64,000 nucleotides of DNA, taken from the NCBI RefSeq assembly GCF_006345805.1, contig NC_043002.1:79670001-79734000 (forward strand), in the 5' to 3' direction. Each line of letters begins with the position of its first letter. Within the stretch, counting starts at the first letter, position 1. A program made the translations under genes and the position numbers. Positions 25,295 through 38,599 of the stretch are shown in pieces. Below the pieces are notes generated by a model that saw nothing but the letters and a program-made list of their open reading frames with translations, was not told where the DNA came from and searched no databases. The DNA comes from Octopus sinensis. Taxonomy: Eukaryota.

Positions 25295-25414
25295 ATGATA
25301 TTAGTATATGTATATTTTTATCAATATTTAGTAGAAAGAGTTTGGTAAGTGCCAACGCATGAAATTCTCGGACCTTGCGTCACTCTCTTACTTCTGCTAT
25401 TTAGAAGATATGTA

Positions 25415-25466
<52 letters not shown>

Positions 25467-25544
25467 ATCTATCTATCTATCTATCTATCTATCTATATAT
25501 TTATCTATCTATCTTATATATATATATATATCTATATATATATA

Positions 25545-25588
<44 letters not shown>

Positions 25589-26262
25589 GTTTACAAGCGC
25601 TAAGCAAAGATGGTTAAAATATACGGTGGTTACGTGTTCAAAAATGCTTGACACAAATTTGAATCAGCGAGAAATCCATTCACAGTATTATGGAGATAAA
25701 TTGCATACATTAATGCGTAGAGATTCTAATCCATATTGTAATGCGAGTGGACCACCGATTAATGCAACCAGTCACTGTACTTCGGTCTTGTCTCTTGTCG
25801 TTTTTTCACCTCTCCTGTCGATGCTGAAGAGCGCATAACTACTCCGAAATTCCTGCAAGCAGCGATCTGAGTAGAGGGCACTCCGCACTAACTTTCGTGT
25901 GTTTACACATTTTTGTCAACAGTGAGAAATTTTCTCCATGACAAAATGCAATGAATGGCTTTCGCGCAGTTTCGAATGCAGTTTATACCATTTGCTCTCT
26001 ATGTACGTTTTATCATTGTAGAATTTAGCATCCTCTGCACAACCGTTTTGAGGAGAGGATTCCCTTGCATTATGGTTACACACATCGAGAACTTACATTC
26101 CCGACGATACAGTAACAACCATATTAATTTACTGGTTAGCGATAGCCTACGTGGAGCTCTAAACTAAGCAGCAGCAGCAGGCATCTAAGTGCACATGAAT
26201 GAAATGCGAATCCAGCATTAAGGCGGTGCTCCAGCATGGCCGCACTCAAATAAGTAAACGAA

Positions 26263-26320
<58 letters not shown>

Positions 26321-26381
26321 CGTATATATGCATATATATGTGTGTGTGTATATGTATATGTACATACATGCACACACTCAC

Positions 26382-26413
<32 letters not shown>

Positions 26414-27355
26414 GTTATGTGAAGTTGTGTGTTGAAACAGATGTTGTTCACATGGAGGTGAACTGGCGTACCACTTTAGAAGGACCCTAGACAAACTTAA
26501 GCTAAGGATTAAGGTTGTTGAAAAGCCAGGCAACCCTATCAAATATATAATTGGTAGAACCTATCCTTTTAGTAGAACCCCCTTTACTGATAAGTAACGT
26601 ACTGTATGTAGATTTAGCCCACAAACAAGCTGTAAAGCCAGAAATGTAGTCTATAGTATAAGATGTATAGAGGGACGATGCAGTAACAAGACAACGGCAT
26701 ACGTAGGGGAAACGGCAAGAAGCATAGGAGAGCGGGTAAATGCTCATTGGAGACAACTCAAGGAAGCTAAAAGCTCATCGATTCTGTACCAACACACCGA
26801 ACAGGAACACGGGGGATCAATCAACAACATAGAAATTTAAATATTGTCCACACATAGAACATATGCAACAATCAGACAAATTACAGAAGCTACACACATA
26901 ATAGAAAATAAACCTAGCCTGAATAGAAAACTAGAATGGAACAATAGCACACACCACAACATATGAAGGTAGAGGATCCCGAAAACATAATAAATACACA
27001 GATAAATAAACAAATAGAAATAAATAACTATATATTTTTTTTGATTCATTATTATTATTATTATTAGTATTGTTGTTATACATACATACATACAAGCATA
27101 TGTAATGATAATAATAAAGGGATGTAAACACATGAACAAAATAAGAATAAACAAAAACAACAACAAAAACAAAAACACAAACAAATTACATGAACATATA
27201 TAAACAGAAGATACAAATATTACAGGCACCCCCCCCACTAAATAAACATAGACGCACATAGAGATATAAGCATGCGCAAATGAAGACATACAATAGAAAT
27301 AAAAAATGGCTGACGGTTAGTAAGGAGAGACAGAAATAAGAAAGAAGAAAACAAA

Positions 27356-27400
27356 GGACCACTGATGCGGTCACAAGAGTGTGACGATAGGACTACGGCC
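27356..27400 (+). ncRNA. Family C hammerhead motif, mutated (A9C, GAUA)
   Basis: GGACCA-CUGAUGC-G-GUCACA-AGAG-UGUGAC-GAUA. Confidence 0.6.
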
Positions 27401-27514
27401 GAAATAAGATTAAGATTAATGTAAAAAAATAAATAACACTGAAGCAAAGTAACACCAAATATATAGTGCGTGTGTTTTTAGTGGCTAAACTGGCAAAATG
27501 ACCATCTGAAATAT

Positions 27515-27554
<40 letters not shown>

Positions 27555-27666
27555 ATATTTCGGAATGGTCATATTGCCAGTTAGCCAATAAAAACACACG
27601 CACTATATATTTGGTGTTATTTTGCTTCAGTGATATTTATTTTTTACATTAATCTTATCTTATTTC

Positions 27667-27711
27667 GGCCAAAGTTCTTTCGTCACACTCCTGTGACCGC
27701 ATCAGTGGTCC
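27667..27711 (-). ncRNA. Family C hammerhead motif (A9C)
   Basis: Exact inverted copy of 27770-27814. Confidence 0.65.
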
Positions 27712-27769
27712 TTTGTTTTTTCTCACTTATTTAGTAAGGAGAGACACAAATAAGTGAGAAGAAAACAAA

Positions 27770-27814
27770 GGACCACTGATGCGGTCACAGGAGTGTGACG
27801 AAAGAACTTTGGCC
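27770..27814 (+). ncRNA. Family C hammerhead motif (A9C)
   Basis: GGACCA-CUGAUGC-G-GUCACA-GGAG-UGUGAC-GAAAGAACUU-UGGCC. Confidence 0.65.
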
Positions 27815-27997
27815 GAAATAAGATTAAGATTAATGTAAAAAATTAATATCACTGAAGCAAAAATAACACCAAATATATAGTGCGTGTGTTTTTATTGGCT
27901 AAACTGGCAATATGACCATTCCGAAATATAACAATATCAGTTTCAACACACGACTTCACATAAAAAATCTTGCACAACAAATATTTAAACGTACTAT

Positions 27998-28080
<83 letters not shown>

Positions 28081-28329
28081 AGCAAAGATCCAATTGACTC
28101 GGACTTCAAGTTTCTCCCATCGACCTCATTCAGACGTGAAGGAAATTTTGTCTAATAGGGAGGAAGGGTTCATTGAAAATAAATCTTTTCATCCATTTTT
28201 TCTTCCATCGCCCTTCCTTTAATATGTCTTCCAGCACGAATTCTACAGACCTATCGGCTTCGAAATGTGGATTCGTTTTCATTCTTGTGGTAAGCACATC
28301 ACTTTTCTTTACGATATTAGTATGTCATA

Positions 28330-28500
28330 GAAAGGCATTGCCGAGTCGCCGAATCGACCCAGTACTTCTTGTCGTTTTTTGAAGCCTGATACTATTTCTA
28401 TCCATCTATTTTGCTGAAACGCTAAGTTATGGGGACTTAAGCACACCAACACATGTTGTCAATCGGTTGTTGGGGACAAACATAGACACAAACGCACACG
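28330..28500 (-). mobile_element. SINE family 2 3' fragment
   Basis: 'atcgacccagtactt...gctaagttatggggac'. Confidence 0.65.
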
Positions 28501-28529
28501 CATGTGTATGTATTTATATATTTTGAAAA

Positions 28530-29050
28530 CAGCTTGCAGCTGCGAGTGCTACCGGTTGAAAGCTCCGCATACCGGATGCCCACAAGCATATGGGGCCACC
28601 AGTAGAGGATGCGTCCTATTTCGGGCCCTACTTTTCGATGGCATCATTGCGCACTGAAATGAAGCCCCTCTTATTTGATCAACTGGGTATCAGATCTAGC
28701 TCAATATTCTTCTAGCCATCGCTCATGGTCTCTTTTTAACCGAATCCAGTACCTTGCTTTTCCTCTGAAGCTTGGAAACCATTCATGGTGGTATTTGCTT
28801 TACGGTGAGTTAGGTCTAACGATAACAACAATTGCTTCACACTGTGTCCAACTAATCCGCTATATGAGACTTCACTGGAAAAGGCTCTGCTTTTCAGCCT
28901 CCGTCTTCACGTCCATCGAGGAAACTTTCATGACGGTCAGTCATTCGAGTTCGAGCGGTGTCCATGTTATCGTCATGAGGAACCGTTAACTCGGCTAGAT
29001 TTACCACTTTCATTTTTTCACAGTATATTATGATATCCGGTTTCTTACAT
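28530..29050 (-). mobile_element. RLE-type non-LTR retrotransposon 3' end (HERO-like)
   Basis: KPDIIIYCEKMKVVNLAELTVPHDDNMDTARTR...FPV(K/E)VSYSGLVG: PD-(D/E)xK-type restriction-like endonuclease. Confidence 0.8.
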
Positions 29051-29133
29051 AAATAGATAAATATATACATACATACATACATACATACATACATACATAC
29101 ATGCATACATACATTCATACATACATACATACA

Positions 29134-29164
<31 letters not shown>

Positions 29165-30117
29165 GATTGCGAAACCATTGGTGACGCAGTAGGACTGAAC
29201 CGGAACCATGTGGTTTGGAAGCAAGATTCTTACCACACACCCCATCCTGTACCTATATATATATATTAACAGAAAGGCATAAACATCACTACACTCGTCT
29301 TTATTCTACTCTTAATATATAAGACAGCTTTTACATATTAAAAACGAAACGAATGGTTCTTAAAAAAAGAATCAAAGAGAATTGAATAGAAAAAAATTAC
29401 AATTCACAGACATAAATTCTATTCTAGTGTAAAATTATACAAGTTTTTCATACTGAGGTGTTGTTAAATATTTTCATTCATTTCTTTATATATTTCTTGT
29501 TTTAGGATTTCTTTCAAATTCTTTTCTGCAACAATATTTTTTCCTTCTGGAAAATTCCTGAGATTTGAAGAACCTCGAGCCGTGAAAATAATGTGTTAGT
29601 TTGGATAATTGTATAAGAAAATATACGCTTTATGATGTTCTTGGCGGAAGTGAAAGTACTTCTATGAAATTCATATTCATGTACACACACAGACACGCAC
29701 ACACACACACACGCACACACACACACACACAATACATGCACACGCACAGACACACACGCACGCATGCACACACACCCACTTAGATACACACATAAACAAC
29801 AATTCCGTAACACAGGCAAGCATACATTTGTGTGTAGACGATTATGTCTGTGAATGTATGTTTGCGTATATAGTTACACATGAAGCTGTGTGCGTGTGTC
29901 TAAGTGAGTGTGGTTATATATATGTTTATATAAATATATGTGTGTGCGTGTGTGTGTGCGCATGTGTGTGCATGTGTGTTTCAATGTACCTGTACATACA
30001 TTTCAGTGTGTACAGCATAGATATTTTTAAAATCATTTCTTTGATAGTATAGGAAATATTTTCTCGAACAATTATTTGTATTTGTAATTATGCTTGCGCG
30101 TATATGCATATATATAT

Positions 30118-30165
<48 letters not shown>

Positions 30166-31234
30166 ATATATATATATATACATACAAACATACATACATA
30201 CATACATACAAACATACATACATACATATAAATCCATAATACATTGTATACACATACATACACATATATACGTACACACATACATGCATACGTATATAAG
30301 ATACATATGTAAATATATATGTTGATATACAAATACGTATTAACAAACAACTAGGATTTGGTTACATGTAAACATGCATATAGATACAGGAATATTTAAT
30401 GCACACACATACATATATGCACACACACATGTGTATATATATGTATATATATGCATATAAAAATATATATATATATATGTATATATATGTATATATATAT
30501 ATATGTATATATATATATGAATGAATGTATGTGTTTGTATGTGTACGTGTGTGTGTTTGTTTGTCCGTGTGTGTATTTCTACCGCAGATGTAATTTCAGG
30601 CAAAGTATGAAATATTCTGTTCAATGGAGTGAGAGTAAATTTCTTCAGAGAAAATGGAACCCGATACATATTTCCTCATATATGCATATGTCATGATAAG
30701 TATATACAGCTATAATAACATATCTATCCTGAAATCCACCTCACAAACGGAAACGCAACAGGAATACGCTCAAATGCGTGAAATAAAACATAATCTTGGA
30801 TGAATATCATGTATACAAAAGTTTTACAATGATGCCCGAAAACTGGGTCTTTTTTTATTGTGTTTGACCTTGAATTACAATTAAGATTGAAAAAAAAAAT
30901 GGCAGCACCTTCGACTTGTTTGGTATCTGAACCAGCAGTAGCACCACGCCCCGCAGCAACCAGCTAATGCTCTCTGGATATTTCAGAAACTGTTACAAAG
31001 TCGTTTAAAATAACACTTTACTTTAACTAGCATAGATGGCGAATTTCAATCATTAGAGTTTCAAATATAAAAAGATATTATAATATCTGAGGTCAACTTT
31101 CCACTTACTTAATAGAAGATATTAATTTAGCTCTAGGACTTATAAGGCTGGTTAACCGGTTTCCATGGCGCAAAACTCCCTCTTAACAGGAGGCTGGTTT
31201 ATTGTAGGGTTCAACGCTAGAAAATGCTGAAGGA

Positions 31235-31390
31235 AGGGACAAGTCGATTCCATCGACCCCGGTACTAGAGTGGTATACTCTTTTATCGACCTCGAAGCAA
31301 TGAAGGTCAAATTGACATCGGCGAGATTTGAACTCAGAATGTAAAGAGCTGGAAGAAATTTCGCTAAACATTTTGTACGGCGCACTCTAA
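31235..31390 (-). mobile_element. SINE family 1, old
   Basis: 'gtcgattccatcgacccc...gatttgaactcagaat'. Confidence 0.7.
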
Positions 31391-31700
31391 TAGCTCAACT
31401 TTTCTGTTCTTTAGGAGTCGATTGAAATCGACAAAAACTTCTAATTTACTTTGGTAGATTAACGCAACCCTAAGAACTGTAAGGAATGGAACAAATAATA
31501 CCATCTTGTATCACCTTGTCTGTAAAATACCATGGCATTCACATAACTTAACTCGCAGCTAGTTCAGCTGATTAGAAAACTGGAATGTTCATCATCGAAA
31601 CCGACGGAAGATCAATTGTAAGGTCCACCCAATATCTCTGCCTTCGTCTATTTCATCGGTTACTTTCTCACTCAAAAGTAACTTCTTTATACTTTGGTAC

Positions 31701-31759
<59 letters not shown>

Positions 31760-31826
31760 GTCTGTCTGTCTATCTATTTATCTATCTATCAAACTCAGTC
31801 TGCCTGTCTCTACTTCTCTCCCCCCT

Positions 31827-31857
<31 letters not shown>

Positions 31858-32599
31858 TCACACACACACACAATGAGTAAGAGAAAAGAATTGGGGGAAC
31901 TCATCGACCCCACCGAGAATCGTTACAAAAACAAGAGGACATATATGGAGTGACCAATGGAAAACTATACTTTAAAGTGGTGAACAATAAATATTGCGAC
32001 ATTTATCCCTTTTCCAAGCTTAGTAAGACACATAATTAATTGCATGAGGATCGACTGAAGATTGTATTCTGACTTTGGCACTGGCCTTACCTTTTCTCTA
32101 TACCACTGGTGGACTCTGGAGCACAAAATTCTAGTCAAAATCAGCGAATATAGCAGACCGGGGTTTATGATGCTTATTTTAAAGATCGCAAGTACATTCA
32201 AGCACACTCACTCATTCATTCACTCATTCACTCACTCACTCACTCACTCATTCACTCACACACTCACTCACCCGCTCACTCACCCACTCACTCACTCTAT
32301 CAATCAATCACTCAGACACATTCACTAACGTCTCTCAAGCACATACACACGCAGAATAGCTGGAACAAAAAGATCTACTCGAGTAATTTAAAACAATATA
32401 AATCTAAATTCCAAATTAAATTTACCTTCCACTATGATTAATCTGAAATGAACTTTATTAATTTCTACGAAATATGAAATATTTGTAGTGAAATTTCTAT
32501 ACATCTCTGTTAACTTCCATGCTTCTCTTTTCAGTTTTTCCCAAATATCATGCAATAAATATGCATAAATATACATCTAATTAGCTTCTACCATCGAGA

Positions 32600-32990
32600 T
32601 ATTATCATGTCGAAACTGACATGGTTGCAAATATCGGAAGTGAACTCGAAGACATTAAAACATTTAGACTTCGTCAAAATATTCAGAGAAATTAGTGATG
32701 AAGACATAAATGCTCTCATATATAGGAAGGAATAATTGCTACTCTATAATACCACGGTCTGGGTCAAAAAGAAGACGATGACCTCTTTGATGTAACCATA
32801 GGAACCTATGACGGAGCAAATAACATTTGGATATGTAGGACCATACATCTTAGATCAAATAGTCAAAATATCCACCAAGACAATCATAGGCATATACAGG
32901 GATGACGGCCTAGGGTGGGGTCATGTACTTGACAAGTTCAGAAAGGACTTGACGAATGCATTTATAATGCTCGCCCGGCTAGACAAGCTT
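32600..32990 (+). mobile_element. PLE reverse transcriptase core fragment
   Basis: LFDVTIGTYDGA and VGPYILDQI...IGIYRDDGL motifs. Confidence 0.82.
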
Positions 32991-33354
32991 ACATTTCGTT
33001 TCAATAAAAACAAATCGTAAGCACTACAATTGGTTTTGAGAACGCCTTTCTCATTCGTTCCACGTAAAAGCAACGAACGTATGGACACATATGTATGTAT
33101 GTGTGTGTGGTTATAAGTGTACATGTGTGTTTGTCTGTGTCTGCGTGCGTGCGTATATATGCGCTTGTGAGTGTGTCCTTGTGTGTGTGAGTGTGTGTGT
33201 GTGTGCGCGTGCGTATACGGTAGTTAACACATCTATACGGTTTCCTGTATTCAACATCTTTTTTCCGTCATCCCTCTTCTCACTCCCATTCTATCTAGCT
33301 TACATATTGCACGTACACACACACACGCTCACACACACATATATATATATATAC

Positions 33355-33604
33355 TTCGTTTTGGGATTTGGTTTGCAAGATTCTTCATGCGAGTTCGTGG
33401 TTAAAGTATATTCTGTTGTTATTTAACACACTCACCGGTAAAGTCTCCATGATCAAGTAAAAAGAACGCAGCTCGAATAACAGACAGAGTCCACGACTAT
33501 TGAAAAGTTTGCAAGACACAACGAAAATTTTAGGGAAATGAGTCGAAAATTTACCGGTGTGTGTGTTAAATAGTAAGGCACTAAAAGAATAAATTTCCTC
33601 AGAC

Positions 33605-33612
<8 letters not shown>
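33355..33612. mobile_element. PLE-type terminal-repeat pair (family E) between (TA)n tracts
   Basis: Inverted TATTTAACACACTCACCGGTAAA / TTTACCGGTGTGTGTGTTAAATA; terminus 'tttgcaagattctt.atg.ga' resembles family C. Confidence 0.6.
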
Positions 33613-33651
<39 letters not shown>

Positions 33652-33756
33652 TATATATAATATATATATATATAAATATATATATATAATATATATAATA
33701 TATTTATATATATATTATGTATATATATATATACATATATCTGTGTGTGTATGTAT

Positions 33757-34997
33757 GTATAAGGTATGGGATGAGAATTTATGGAAATGTATCGAATAGA
33801 AACTCAACAAACTGTTAAAGATAGAGAAGGGAAGTTGTTAAAAATTAAACATAATTCTAATATACACATACGATCGTTTCGAATAGCAATATTGACGTGT
33901 AAATAACACGGTAGAATAATTAGAAATTAATTAAATTAAATTAATTAATTGCATATTACTGTTCTTCTCAATGCAGCCAAAGAATGCATCAACATTTATT
34001 ATCATTGCTACAGAAGACTTGATAGAGGAAGTAGGAAATAACATATCCAGATATAAATATTTTATCCTTACGGAAGTTCATGCGCATACTATAAGAATAT
34101 TGTTGTTGAGTCTAGTTGTGAAAGACTAAAACTGATGCGGCTAACGGTTATTTGAAAATATAAATGAAAGATGTTTAAGAAACATTCCCTCTATATAAAG
34201 ATAAGTATTTAAGTAATATACACTCCAAATAAAGCATTAAAAGATAGAGATGTCCAATGGGATTGCATAGTTATATTTGAATCAGTTTATGACTTGACAG
34301 TTATACGTTTTATAAGTAATATAATTATGATATATATTTAAAGAAGTTATTTTTAAGAAACAAAAATTTAGTGCGGGAATAAAGAGATGAAAACTAGTTA
34401 ATATAGTTTCCATTAGGCTACTTAAATGCAAACGAAACAAACGGTGTTAATAAGAGAATAGCTCTATATAACGGAAAAAAATTATTTAAGTGTAAAAACT
34501 TATATTCATTTGAGTGAATTAAATTTAAGATAAACAAATGAAAATAGACGTAAAGTTGTTAATATTAAAGAAATTATGAAAGTGAATACTTGCTGTGGCT
34601 AAAAATGTTTTTTAAAAACCATTTCAACTATAACGAAATTGAAAATGTAAGGTACTCGAAAATCAAAGAGATGAACACTGTAGAGGAGATAAAGCTGAGA
34701 CAAAATCGTAAGGAGTGTTTTTAAAAAAAATTATAAATGTCGGTATTTAGTAGGTTGACTATATTTATGTATAACTAATAAGAAGATACAAAATAAGAGT
34801 GTGGAATCTAGTTATGCATAAAAGAAGTGGGAAATCTATAGTAATAAAGATTGTCTAACGGATATAAGGTAATAGTGAATTGTGAATGTGAAAAAACAAT
34901 TTAAAAAAAATTTTAACATCTTCCCTTCTCCATCTTTAACAATCTGTTGTGTTTCTATGGGATACTATTCCATAAATTCTCATCTCATACCTTATAC
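33757..34997. mobile_element. AT-rich element bounded by ~90-bp inverted repeats
   Basis: 33757-33846 versus 34910-34997, clearly alignable with scattered mismatches. Confidence 0.6.
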
Positions 34998-35179
34998 ATG
35001 TAATAAGTTCATGTTCGTAAAAATCTTACGCCAGTAAGCTACCAACGAAATACCAAGAATCTTTGTTAGATATCGCCCCTTTGAAATCCTCCAAAGTAAA
35101 GGATAAATTGAACATTACCTTTTCACACACACATATTGCATTGTATGTATATATTATGTTGTATATATATATAATGTAT

Positions 35180-35210
<31 letters not shown>

Positions 35211-35600
35211 CACCTTGACTGACCATTCCGTCAGGCGTCCATTTGACACCGCTGGTCACAGCACGCTGTCCACTCCTCTCTGGATCGCGCCTTTCTCATC
35301 CACGTGATCCCCAATCGTCCATCTGAAATCGTAACTCCACCGCCATGAAGGCCTTCCGGGTGGTCGTTTCCGCTCACGCGGGTACTAGTCGTCAGGTGCG
35401 CTGAAACCACGGATCAGATTCAGACTATGCTGACGGGGCTCGACATCAAAAGCTCTGCAGTAGGTCTCAAGATGAACCGCATGAAAACGAAGTTCATGCG
35501 GTCAGACAACGTACCAACAGGTCGAATGGTGATCGGCAGTGATGAAATAGAGGAGGTAAAGGAATATGTCTATCTGGGACAGGAAGTGAATATGTGCCGA
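35211..35600 (-). mobile_element. RTE-clade LINE fragment with 5' inversion
   Basis: Minus 35395->35211 is the 3' end (REWKRPPGRP...); plus 35400-35600 is RT C-terminal part (KMNRMKTKFM...EEVKEYVYLGQEV); (TA)n on both sides. Confidence 0.8.
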
Positions 35601-35611
35601 TATATATATAT

Positions 35612-38397
35612 TAATTCACCCATTTACCTGGAACAAAACGCTCTGTCCCCACAAACTACAACAGCAACCACCATAATACAATACCACCACAACCACCAAT
35701 ATCTCAAACAAAGAATCCCCAAATCTGCCGCTATTCCCAGCGAGACAGATTGTGTTTGCACAGGGATTGCCCCTTTACCCATCTGCCGGGGACTCGTCGG
35801 ACATTTAAAGATAACCACTCACATAAAAATAGCCGCGGCCACAGTCACCTGCGGTTCCCTAGACAGGAAACCACCTCTTCTTCTTCTTCCTCTTTTTTAG
35901 CTATAATGAATCTAGCAAAAGAACTGGAAAAAAACATCCGAGCTATCACCCACCACCATCCACCACTATTACCCCACTGCACATGCCATTAAAAAGCAAT
36001 CAAATAAACAAATCACCAAAACAATTAAAACCATCCACTCTCGCCTCAACATTTCTGCTTAATGCCCAAGGCATCAGCCCTTCCACCAATACACAAAAAT
36101 GGAAGGTAAGATTCCTGGAGGACTGGGTCGAGGCCCATCCAAACCACATCCCTTTCTTTGTCCTCACTGAAACCCATCTTAGTGACCTTCACTTGGAAGC
36201 CGAGGTGAAAGTTAAAAATTTCAAAACCATTCGTGCTGATCGTGCTGGCAGAAGAAAGGGTGGGACTGCCATTTATGTCCATGATTCATTCTCAACAGAA
36301 GCCATGAACATATTTTCCAATGGATACTGCGAAGCAGTCGCTGTATTCAGTCAAACCAACAACTTAACAGTAGTTGGGCTCTACAGACCACCCCAAACGC
36401 CCCTACCATGCTTCAAGGAATGCCTCAATAGCATAAAGTGTTTCATTCAGCAGTGTCAACCTGACAACATTTTAATGATGGGAGACTTCAACCTTCCCGG
36501 GGTTGACTGGTCTACAAACAGTCTGCCGCCAGGTTCTTCTCTCTCAACCCCTGACAGGGAGGCAGTGGAATCGCTTCTTGACTTCATGGATGACTTCTTC
36601 TTGTCCCAACTGGTACTCGAACCAACGAGATGTCACAAAAACGTCTTAGACTTAATTTTCAGCAATCACACTGATACTATCCACAATATTGCAGTGGAGA
36701 AAACCCTACTCTCCGACCATGACATGGTTCTCTGTGATCTGAGATTTCACTGGCCAAAATGCAAAACAAATGTCATCCCTCCTGTTCATCCATTTGACAC
36801 TATGGATTTCCACAATGCAAACTGGGAAGCGATCAATAATGATCTTGCACAAGTCGATTGGTCCTTCACGCACACATACACACCCACTAACATCAAAAAG
36901 TCCTGGCAGTCACTTGTAGACACCATCACGAACATATGTGCAAGACACACCCCATTAAGATCTGCAAACAAATCTAAGTGTCGAATCCCTAGAAATAGAA
37001 AATCTCTCATAAGGAAAATTAAAAGAATCAACAAAAAGATCAACATGCTGAAATACTGTCAACAGCAACACACCAACCTGACTGCCATCTCGTCACTAGA
37101 GATTAAAAAACATAAACTCCAAAACAACATGATGTCTATCATCAATAGTCAGCGAAGAGCTGAAGAGGCCTGGGCCATTGAGAAGATCAAACTCAATCCC
37201 AAAGTGTTCTTTTCATTTGCAAAAAAACACAGAGTCACTGGTTCTACTGTTGGCCCTCTGATTGATGAAAATGGTACTCTTCAAGACAATGCCAAAACCA
37301 TGGGAGAGATATTGCAGAAACAATATTGCTCTGTTTTCAGCAATCCTGATATGACTGATCTGGGCTGTATCAGTGATGTTACTCCCCAATACACTTTATC
37401 GGACATAACATTTGGCGCTCCTGATGTCTTAGCAGCAATAAAGGAAATGAAGCATAATTCAGCAGTAGGTCCCGATAGGTTCCCTGCTTGTGTCTTGAAG
37501 ATGTGTCAAAACCAACTTGCACCCCCTCTAGCCAATCTGTGGCGGAACTCACTGGATGCTGGATATATACCAGAAGACCTTCTATCCCAGTCTGTTGTCC
37601 CAGTTTTCAAAAAAGGAAACAAATCGCTTGCCGTGAATTACCGTCCAATCTCACTCACCTCTCATATCATCAAGGTATTTGAGAGGGTGCTGAGATCGCG
37701 TATGACTCACTTCCTTGAGAGTCATAATATGCTGAACCCCAACCAGCATGGATTCCGTAATGGGAGAGATTGCCTGACGCAGCTACTGCATCATTTTGAT
37801 GACATTTTGAGAGCCTTGGGAGAAGGTTCCAACACTGATGTCATCTACCTTGATTTCAGCAAGGCCTTTGACAGGGTTGATCATAAGATCCTTCTGAGAA
37901 AGCTGTCCAATATTGGTGTCACTGGAAAGCTGCTGCAGTGGATCAAGTGCTTCCTGTCTAACAGAACCCAACATGTTGTAGTCGAAGGAGTCAAATCCAG
38001 CCCAGCCAAAGTCAGCAGTGGTGTCCCACAAGGCACTGTGTGGGCCCACTTCTCTTCATCATCTACATAAATGATATTACTGACACCATCAAACACAGTA
38101 ACATCAGAACCTTCGCTGATGATTCCAAGCTCCAGAAGGTCATCAATGGCGTGGATGACCGAATAAACCTTCAGTCAGACCTACTGGCTGTTGTCCAATG
38201 GGCGGAAAAGAATAACATGTTGCTAAATGAAGACAAATTCGAACTGATCCACTTTGGAAGGGAGGACGCTCTGAAACTCCCATACTCTCTTCCTTCTGGA
38301 GAAATTCTCATGGCATCCAACAACATCAGAGACCTGGGAGTAACAGTGGACAACAACATAAGCTGGGCTACACATATAAGCAGCAAAGTTGACATGA
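35612..38397 (+). mobile_element. CR1/L2-group LINE, 5' and 3' truncated: ORF1 end with CCCH finger plus ORF2
   Basis: ORF1 ICRYSQRDRLCLHRDCPFTHLPGTRR; ORF2 APE and RT domains; ends in (TA)n. Confidence 0.92.
35983..38397 (+). pseudogene. LINE ORF2 (APE endonuclease + RT) with one 1-nt frameshift at 38040/38041
   Basis: LTETHL, GDFNLP, LDLIF, SDHD, NYRPISLTS, QHGFR, YLDFSKAFDRVDH, SGVPQGTV|GPLLFIIYIND, FADDSKL, DLGV. Confidence 0.93.
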
Positions 38398-38599
38398 TAT
38401 ATATATATATAAATATATATATATATGTGTATGTGTGTGTATCTCTGTGTAAAATAATAGAGGTGGCTAGACGCCATATAAAACCAAAAAGGAAGAACTC
38501 AATTGTCACTAATTACCTATATTGCTAGAAATTAGAGTCAAAGACCCTTATAGCCATATACATAGCACAATCTATGTACTTATTGTCAATGATGTTTAC

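Larger units (their letters stand above)
26413..27995 (+). mobile_element. PLE family C: GIY-YIG (26630-26970), 3' UTR and three terminal-repeat copies (+,-,+)
   Basis: CKARNVVYSIRC...YVGETARSIGERVNAH...QITEA...PSLNRK; repeats at ~27340-27520, 27549-27732 and 27748-27995. Confidence 0.92.
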
